This document shows, in pieces, positions 45,974 through 64,000 of a DNA stretch of 64,000 nt (positions within the stretch are counted from its first letter, which is position 1; every line of letters starts with the position of its first letter). The translations under genes were made by a program, and so were the position numbers. The stretch lies in NCBI RefSeq assembly GCF_033153115.1, contig NW_026889772.1:15562001-15626000 (forward strand), read 5' to 3'. Source of the DNA: Saccostrea echinata. Lineage: Eukaryota. The notes under the pieces were generated by a model. The model was not told the DNA's origin. It searched no databases and saw only the letters and a list, made by a program, of their open reading frames with translations.

Positions 45974-46533
45974 TTGTCAAGGAATTTTGCTTGGTAGTGC
46001 CCACCCAAAATGAAAGTGTTTGGTAGTGTCCCCCACCCAACTTAAAAATCGCTTCCAATGCGGGTCTGGTTGATATTCATTTAGATTTTTTTTCTCTTAA
46101 GTTTTGAAACAAACATTTAGATAAAAGCAACAAGGTGAAACCATTGATTTCTTTGTTGAGGATTACAGTACTAGTATCTCAGTAGGAGAGATTGAATTGT
46201 ATTTAATTTTTTTCAAGGATCTTTTATCATCACAACTTATCACGGCTTTATCTAATCAGATACAAAAGGTATTTTTGTATTATGTAAGGACATGCATTCC
46301 AAAATTTATTTTTTACACTTATAGAACTGTGAATTTTTAGTGATTTTTGAGTAGTCTTTTATCCAATTTCATTTATTTCATTTTAGTTTTCTTTAAATCA
46401 CATTTTCAATGGTTTTGTTCTATATATCATTTCTCATTTTCTATAATTAATACAATGTATATTTTTTCTGTATAGGGGAAAAATTGAGGTTTTTAAAAAA
46501 CTTTTTTTTCTAATGATAATATATATGTATATG

Positions 46534-46580
<47 letters not shown>

Positions 46581-47421
46581 GATATATATATAGAGAGAGA
46601 GAGAGAGACGTTATGCTATTATAACTGCCTAGTTAAAATGACTGGATTGCTTCTGCTTCACAACTGTTGATGTCATTGTTAAATCTAGCCACTAAAAACA
46701 TTTTTACTAGTTTTTGTGAGTCCATCTTCACTCTGTAGTAGTTTATTAAGTTTGTGTAATATTACTAGTACTTCTATTACCTACATCTACATAAGACATA
46801 TTGAGAATTATTAATAAATGTGGTTGTCGGAATCATCTTTATTTCTTTTCTAAAATTTTTATGTGAAAATAACTTTGTTTAATTTTTCACTTATTATTTC
46901 TTGTGTTTAATACAAGTGGCAATTTGTACTTTGATGCAACTTTTTACATGCCTGTAATTAACATAAAATTCATCTACAATTTAAATCATCAGGTGTATTT
47001 TCTATTTATATGATTGAAATCAAAATATGTAAATAACACCGAATAATTGAAAATGTATGGGTCTGACTGTAAAGACTTGTATATGTAATAAGATATGTAC
47101 ATGTGATGGTCTGAGGATTTAGAATCTTACCTGCAAACACATTTGTTTCCTTTCAACATGATGCCCTATACATATACTACAAACTACTGTTAAGTCATGT
47201 TCTAAAGTTTAAATTTACCGGGTGAGAGTAAATGAATTGTTCTAAATTTTGTATTTACTCCCACCCAGTAAATTCAAACTTTAGAAAATGACAATTAAAA
47301 GCTTCTTTTTCATTTTAGCAATATTGCCCTTATTTTTAAAATGTTGGATGCTCACAATTTCTCTTTTTAAAATTTATCATAAAAGAAACCTTTAGCAGAC
47401 TTGATCAGAAATGTGATTTTC

Positions 47422-47452
<31 letters not shown>

Positions 47453-47658
47453 TAATACTTTTCTTTCAGGTGGTAGGAGATCGATTTGCCTTATAGTTAT
47501 ATCTACATATATATGAAAAATTAACTGTGCATTTCACGTTTTGACAGTGAAAAAGATGCATTATTTGGGGTGTTTGATCATCTTGATTTCAGTTATGGTC
47601 ATATGGTGGTGTTAATTTTAGTAGTACATGTAGTTCTGTGAAAATGAAAAAAATATAG

Positions 47659-47972
47659 CATGTCAAACGTTGCAATATTCGATCTTTGTCATTTGTATTG
47701 AATAATTTTCCATTTGTATTCGAAGATTTTCTATTTGCATTCTATAATTTTTCATTTGCATTGTAAAATTTTTATTTGTATTCTAGAATTTTTCATTTGT
47801 ATTGTATAACTTTTTATTTGTATAATAGGAACAGATGCTACTTATTTTTTTCGAACTCACGACCTTATTTGTATTGTATAATTTTTATTTGTATTGTATA
47901 ATTTTCAATTTGTTTTGTATAATTTTCCATTTGTATTGTATAATTTTTCATTTTTATTGTATGATTTTCCTT
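47659..47972. repeat. Left arm of a foldback element with ~21-bp TTTGTATTGTATAATTTTTCA repeats, truncated at the duplication breakpoint
   Basis: Starts like 61449 (CATGTCAAACGTTGCAATATTCGATCTTT). Homology ends at GATTTTCCTTTT near 47972. Confidence 0.8.
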
Positions 47973-49199
47973 TTACGAGTAAAACACACAAATGCACCAT
48001 GACGTCATTTGACGTTTTACAATGAAATCGTTCAAGAGCTCAGTGTACAACAAACTGGTTCTTTTGATATATCATGTATATGGAACAGATTTATTTTTTA
48101 AAAAATGAATTATTTGTAAAGAAGAGTTAATGTACGACACGTTTTGAGCCATAAACTTGTAATAGAAGGATTTTTCCATGGCTTTGGGAGATACATTATA
48201 TACATGTAGTAATAGTCTTTGGCCCAACGCCCCGATTGCGTACACCCATTTTATCAGAAATCCCTGTCGAATTCTGTGTCAGTCCTACATGTAGTAGGAA
48301 TAATTAATCAGATAATTAAATATTATCCTTACCATCTTCCTAATCTTCAAATTTATTATTAAAAGTGAAAAAAAAATATCTTTTTTCTAGTACTTGGTGT
48401 ACTTTGAAAGGAAAAGTGCATTTTTATTAAAGCGACAGTATAAATAACGCAGTTAGCCTTCTCTCTATGACTAAAAGATGAAAAAACTGTCACAATGAAA
48501 AAAGTATATCAAAAGTACTATGTAATACGTCGTAAACGTAGCCAAACAAACAGCTGATTTTAATCAGATTGCTATATTTATAGAAATAACTTCTGAATAA
48601 ACACCAGGAAACTCGGGTTTCTTTGTTCGTGTTAAATTCATTTTTTCAGTCATCACAAATCTATATCAAACTGGATAAAATGGAAAACTTGGGATAAACT
48701 AACAAATTCTCCCTCGTTGCCTAATCCTTTACAGATTAGCCAGGATTACAAACATGTGTATTGAGGAAGCTGAAAAGTTTAATCTATTGCTACGAAAAAA
48801 TTTAAACGGGGCAAGTATGTAAAATATTTGCCAGAACATCTCGCAAAATACATGTAGCAAAATGCGCTATTGGATACAAAAACCACCATTTTACTATTTT
48901 TTAAAAGCTATGGAGAAATGTTAATGAAAGTACAATCAGAAGTATTCGGAAACTATGCCTACGCTCTATTATTTTGGTAAAACTTGTGTTTTTCATTATC
49001 AACGGAAAATATTTTTACCCTCCCCCCCCCCTCCTTTCCTTTTTACAGCGATTATGAATTAATTTTTTACAAATTTATACCCAAGCTCTTGTTATTTCAC
49101 GGGGGGTGGGGGGGGGGGGGAGTATATGTTTAAAGATAAATTTGCGTGAGTTAAACATATGGAAAAAATGAAGGATCATTTGTCCATGTCCATGAGTAT

Positions 49200-49469
49200 T
49201 TTAAAATCTGAATACTATTATAAAATCTGGTGAATGTATCATTGTTAAAAATGATTATTTTTGTTTTGTTGCAATTTACTTCTAGACACCACTTATTACA
49301 GTATTTATTCAATAGATTTAGTTTGTTCTGCAAATCAATTTGGTTGTCAGATATTAAAGCAAGGTCATCAGCATACAGAAGAGCTGAGATTTTCTTTCCT
49401 GATAAAGAAACATTATTGGTACATGAGTTATCTTCTTCAAGTAGGGTAGAAAGATCATTTAGGAATATT

Positions 49470-49473
<4 letters not shown>
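49200..49473 (-). mobile_element. Non-LTR retrotransposon RT fragment abutting (TA)n
   Basis: IFLNDL...ISALLYADDLALISDNQIDLQNKLNLLNKYCNKWCLEVNCNKTKIIIF, with the YADD motif. Confidence 0.8.
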
Positions 49474-49547
<74 letters not shown>

Positions 49548-49770
49548 AATTTGGATACTTCATAGGCATTTGATAAGAAGGACATGTACTTTACTGAATT
49601 CGCATACTTGTGGAGAGTAAAAAAAATCCTTCCCTATTTCATCTGTTCGATTTAGTTTCTTTTCACTCGGTTCTTTTATTATACAGCACGGGTCAAAGGT
49701 TAAAATTTTAGGTCAATACGTAATTTCCTGTGTAAACAACGACAGCTGTAGTTGTAGTTTCATTTCAGCT

Positions 49771-58866
<9,096 letters not shown>

Positions 58867-59955
58867 ATTATTTTTAGGTCACATTGAGCGAGACATTTGA
58901 TATGTATTTATTGTTTGTCTCCATCTATTTAATGATTTGTTTTAAAAGTTTTACAATGTTAATTAGAGTATTTTTATAGTATTTGTTGTGAGTGAATTAA
59001 ATGGATAGTCTTCCTATGAATTCAAAATCACAAGTATTATTGTATGAGTTGTATCAGCCATACTTATCAATTGTGATGTACAAAATGGGATTTTTGCCTC
59101 AAAATCATACAGTACATGTATTCTAAAACGGAAAAAAGACCAAAGAATTTTATGTGTACCAATTTCATAATAGAAATTTTATTTTTNNNNNNNNNNNNNN
59201 NNNNNNNNNNNNNNNNNNNNNNNNNNNNNNNNNNNNNNNNNNNNNNNNNNNNNNNNNNNNNNNNNNNNNNNNNNNNNNNNNNNNNNNNNNNNNNNNNNNN
59301 NNNNNNNNNNNNNNNNNNNNNNNNNNNNNNNNNNNNNNNNNNNNNNNNNNNNNNNNNNNNNNNNNNNNNNNNNNNNNCTTATACAATTCATAATTTTATA
59401 CCTTCAGTATTTTTATGATGTTGCTACAGTATTCAGTTTCAGTATAATGTATAATGTATGTTGGTTTTTTTCCCACTATATACTAGTATATATATTGACA
59501 GTGTTGTGATTTTCACAACATATAATGAAGTTCTTTTCCATTTTAATTTATACATATATGTTGTGCTGGTTCTTTTAATTCAAAATCCATTAATTTATAT
59601 GTCTAATCTGTATTTTAATGTTTCTTAATTTGGATAATTATGTTTGTTTTTGTGTTATGTGTATGACATGATGTTATGATGTATGTATGTATGATGTATG
59701 TATGTATGTTTGATATGTTATTGTGTATTGTTAATTTTGCAATATTTATTGGTGTTTTACATGATGAGGCCGGTATTGTTTTCTAATACTGTCAACAATT
59801 TTGTTTATTATGACACTGTGAAGCATATTCATAACAATATGATGTTTTTCTCCTGTTTTATAGAGAACTGAATCTGGTTCTGCTGAATTAATTCACTGTT
59901 GGTAAAATGAATAATTTGGTGTATATAACATATGAACATATGAATATATATATAT

Positions 59956-60010
<55 letters not shown>

Positions 60011-60304
60011 TGTCAAGGAATTTTGCTTGATAGTGTCCACCCAAAATGAAATTGTTTGGTAGTGTCCCCCAGGAATTTATTTTTTACACTTATAGAACTG
60101 TGAATTTTCAGTGATTTTTGAGTAGTCTTTTATCCAATTTCATTTATTTCATTTTAGTTTTCTTTAAATCACATTTTCAATGGTTTTGTTCTATATATCA
60201 TTTCTCATTTTCTATAATTAATACAATGTATATTTTTTCTGTATAGGGGAAAAATTGAGGTTTTTAAAAAACTTTTTTTTCTAATGATAATATACATGTA
60301 TATG

Positions 60305-60353
<49 letters not shown>

Positions 60354-61448
60354 GATATATATATATATAGAGAGAGAGAGACGTTATGCTATTATAACTG
60401 CCTAGTTAAAATGACTGGATTGCTTCTGCTTCACAACTGTTGATGTCATTGTTAAATCTAGCCACTAAAAACATTTTTACTAGTTTTTGTGAGTCCATCT
60501 TCACTCTGTAGTAGTTTATTAAGTTTGTGTAATATTACTAGTACTTCTATTACCTACATCTACATAAGACATATTGAGAATTATTAATAAATGTGGTTGT
60601 CACAATCATCTTTATTTCTTTTCTAAAATTTTTATGTGAAAATAACTTTGTTTAATTTTTCACTTATTATTTCTTGTGTTTAATACAAGTGGCAATTTGT
60701 ACTTTGATGCAACTTTTTACATGCCTGTAATTAACATAAAATTCATCTACAATTTAAATCATCAGGTGTATTTTCTATTTATATGATTGAAATCAAAATA
60801 TGTAAATAACACCGAATAATTGAAAATGTATGGGTCTGACTGTAAAGACTTGTATATGTAATAAGATATGTACATGTGATGGTCTGAGGATTTAGAATCT
60901 TACCTGCAAACACATTTGTTTCCTTTCAACATGATGCCCTATACATATACTACAAACTACTGTTAAGTCATGTTCTAAAGTTTAAATTTACCGGGTGAGA
61001 GTAAATGAATTGTTCTAAATTTTGTATTTACTCCCACCCAGTAAATTCAAACTTTAGAAAATGACAATTAAAAGCTTCTTTTTCGTTTAAGCAATATTGC
61101 CCTTATTTTTAAAATGTTGGATGCTCACAATTTCTCTTTTTAAAATTTATCATAAAAGAAACCTTTAGCAGACTTGATCAGAAATGTGATTTTCTTTTTT
61201 TTTGGGGGGTGGGGTGTGTGTGTGGGGGGGGGGGGGGGGGGGTAATACTTTTCTTTCAGGTGGTAGGAGATCGATTTGCCTTATAGTTATATCTACATAT
61301 ATATGAAAAATTAACTGTGCATTTCACGTTTTGACAGTGAAAAAGATGCATTATTTGGGGTGTTTGATCATCTTGATTTTAGTTATGGTCATATGATGGT
61401 GTTAATTTTAGTAGTACATGTAGTTCTGTGAAAATGAAAAAAATATAG

Positions 61449-62330
61449 CATGTCAAACGTTGCAATATTCGATCTTTGTCATTTGTATTGAATAATTTTC
61501 CATTTGTATTCGAAGATTTTCTATTTGCATTCTATAATTTTTCATTTGCATTGTAAAATTTTTATTTGTATTCTAGAATTTTTCATTTGTATTGTATAAC
61601 TTTTTATTTGTATTGTATAATTTTTATTTGTATTGTATAATTTTCAATTTGTTTTGTATAATTTTCCATTTGTATTGTATAATTTTTTCATTTTTATTGT
61701 ATGATTTTCCTTTTGTATTGTATACTTTTCTATTTGTATTGTAAAATTATACAATACAAATGGAAATTTATAGAATACAAATGGAAAATTAAACAATTCT
61801 AGTGGAAAATTATAGAATACAAATAAAAATCATACAATACAAATGAAAAATTATACAATACAAAAGAAAAATAATACAATACAAATAAAAAATTATACAA
61901 TACAAATGGAAAATTATGCAATACAAATTAAATATGATACAATACAAATGGGGAAATTACAGAATATAAATGGAAAATTATACAATACAAATGGAAAAGA
62001 TCGAATATTGTAACGTTTGACATACCATAAAAATGACCTTGTTTTGACATATTATATAACTGTTTAATTTTCCTTTTGTATTGTATAATTTTCTATTTGT
62101 ATTTTAAAATTATACAATACAAATGGAAATTTATAGAATACAAATGGAAAATTATATAATACAAATGGAAAATTAAGCAATACAAATGGAAAATTATAGA
62201 ATACAAATAAAAATTATACAATACAAATGAAAAATTGTACAATATAAATGAAAAATTATACAATGCAAATTGAAAATTATACAATACAAATGAAAAATTA
62301 TACAATGCAAAATTACCTTGTTTTGACATA
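61449..62330. mobile_element. Foldback element made of inverted arrays of ~21-bp repeats, plus an adjacent partial duplicate
   Basis: TGTCAAACGTTGCAATATTCGATCTTT at 61451 is inverted at AAAGATCGAATATTGTAACGTTTGACA (~61996-62022). Repeat orientation flips near 61745 and again near 62105. Confidence 0.75.
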
Positions 62331-62433
62331 TTATATAATACATATCATTAATTGTGATTGGATGTATTTTATATGTATATCATATATTAATGTTCCGCAT
62401 ACTAATATATCAACATTTTGGAAAAGTAGAAAT

Positions 62434-64000
62434 ACTTCTACTTCTACTGGTAAGTGGCCTCCGTCAAAATGCTGACTATTTTGCCACTAGGTGTGCGCAT
62501 GTTTTTTTAAAAAAAAAAATAAATAAATAATGTGAAAGTCTATTTACAGGTGAGTTTAAAAATAGACAATTAGGCTGGTGACTTATTGGCGGAGACGAGC
62601 CTTGAAGCAGTCAAGGCTCGGTGCCATCACAGTAGAGGTGGGTAAGACATTTCACTCCTTGATGGTACGTGGGTAGAATGACTCCTTCCTCACTGAAGTT
62701 CGGCATGGAGGTATTTGGAATGCCAGAGTATTGTTGTTTCTAGATGTTCTGTCTAGTGTTCTAAGTTTCTGGCTTGTGTCAATCTGAACTTTGTTGTTAA
62801 CCAGTTTGTACATGACACTGAGGCTGGCTATCCTTTGCCTCTCTTCTAATGATGGCCACTCCAGCTGATCGAGCATTTCGGTCACAGACGAGGTGTTGTG
62901 ATATCTGTTGTGTACATACCGAGCTGCTCTGCGCTGAATCATTTCAATTTTGTTAATATCTGACTTTTGATAAGGATTCCAGGCCGAACTGGCATACTCT
63001 ACAGTTGGTCTTACTAATGATTTGTACACTTTCTCCTTGATGTTGCTATTACTTATATTGATATTTCTTATGAGAAAGCCGATGGTACTGTTTGCTTTAG
63101 CGGCGATGTTATTTATATGTTGAGTCCACTTCAAGTCTGACGAGATGGTAACGCCTAGATATTTTGCAGAAGGGATATGCTCTAATTGGTGGCCATGTAA
63201 GATATAGTTCTTCTTGATGACTCTACGATTCCTGGTGATGCTTAGCACGTTACATTTTTCTGGGTGGAACCTCATGAGCCATTTATTTTCCCAGACTGCT
63301 AGTTGGTTAAGGTCTTCCTGCAACTTCTCTGCATCTGCATCTGATGTGATGGTCATGTATACTACGGTATCATCAGCGAAGAGTCGTACAGTTGATAGAA
63401 GGCCCTCTGGCATGTCATTAATATAAAAAAGAAAGAGACTGGGTCCGAGGACCGAACCTTGGGGTACGCCTGAGTCTACTGACACCTCTTCAGATGATTC
63501 CCCCTCCACGACCACCCTTTGCCTGCGGTTGGTAAGGAAGCTTTTGATCCACTGATTGGTCTTTCCATTTATTCCATAATGGTTGAGTTTGTGAATTAGG
63601 AGACTATGGCTCACTTTATCAAATGCTTTGGAGAAGTCCATAATAAGGCAGTCTGTCTGTTTTCCCTTGTCTATATTGATAGTGATATCATCAATGAACT
63701 CTATAAGTTGGGTTTCGCATGAAAGACCACGACGGAACCCATGCTGGAATGGGTATATGATGTTGTTAAAATCGGCATGGTTCATGATGTGGCTAGTGAC
63801 GATGTGCTCCATGATCTTGCTGGAGATGCATGTTAATGACACCGGCCTATAGTTCACTGCCTCATATTTCTTTCCTTTTTTGTATATGGGGCAGATGTTG
63901 GCTGATTTCCATACTGCTGGTATCTCTCCAGTTTGATAAGAATGATTAAAAATCACAGTAAGGATTGGGGCCACATCATCTGCTAGTTCTTTGAGAATCC
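62434..64000 (-). mobile_element. Non-LTR retrotransposon (CR1/L2/Jockey group), 3' part with RT; continues past the window edge
   Basis: NYRPVSLT, QHGFR, DFSKAFDKV, GVPQGSVLGP, LFADD and KYLGV motifs. The 3' tail is (GTAGAA)n near 62434-62447. Confidence 0.92.
62583..64000 (-). pseudogene. LINE ORF2 reverse transcriptase with one late nonsense codon
   Basis: Open from the window edge to YPRTIKE*. The frame continues NVLPTSTVMAPSLDCFKARLRQ* to 62583, so TGA at 62652-62654 probably replaces the conserved W of 'WNxLP'. Confidence 0.8.

Noticed and set aside
45085-46058. ORFs with IYIYIY runs (also part of 49151-49585) and ORFs at 62093-62475
   Set aside because: These are translations of (TA)n microsatellites or minisatellite units.

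Overview
AT-rich, intron-containing eukaryotic DNA, most likely a bivalve mollusc (oyster-like, judged from the HINE/Helentron, Naiad-type Penelope and Kolobok-type repeats). Two N gaps lie at 6802-6930 and 59187-59377. Six spliced genes were reconstructed by hand: a UBA-domain peptidyl-tRNA hydrolase 2 (9958-12596, +), DDIAS/noxin (16473-19995, +), an unrecognised 3-exon 136-aa gene missed by the ORF track (21200-23764, +), TMEM263 (28775-34046, -), and two tandem, intact 9-exon ADA2/ADGF/AGSA-type secreted adenosine deaminases (38895-44950 and 49771-58866, +). Comparing the two ADA copies gives empty and filled insertion sites. The most striking structure is a very young 3039-bp composite-like element in ADA copy 2. 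It has two 456-bp terminal direct repeats, each with its own inverted ends, a 4-bp TSD and a non-coding interior, which matches the KolobokP architecture. Other notable items: three tiny foldback MITEs with 9-bp TSDs, clustered amino-acid changes between the ADA copies, satellite-bearing HINEs, a CACTA-like element just upstream of ADA copy 1, a decayed inverted Naiad-type Penelope element with a conserved GC-rich 3' motif, and a LINE RT running off the right edge. Gene models and family assignments come from reading the sequence by eye; no searches were run.
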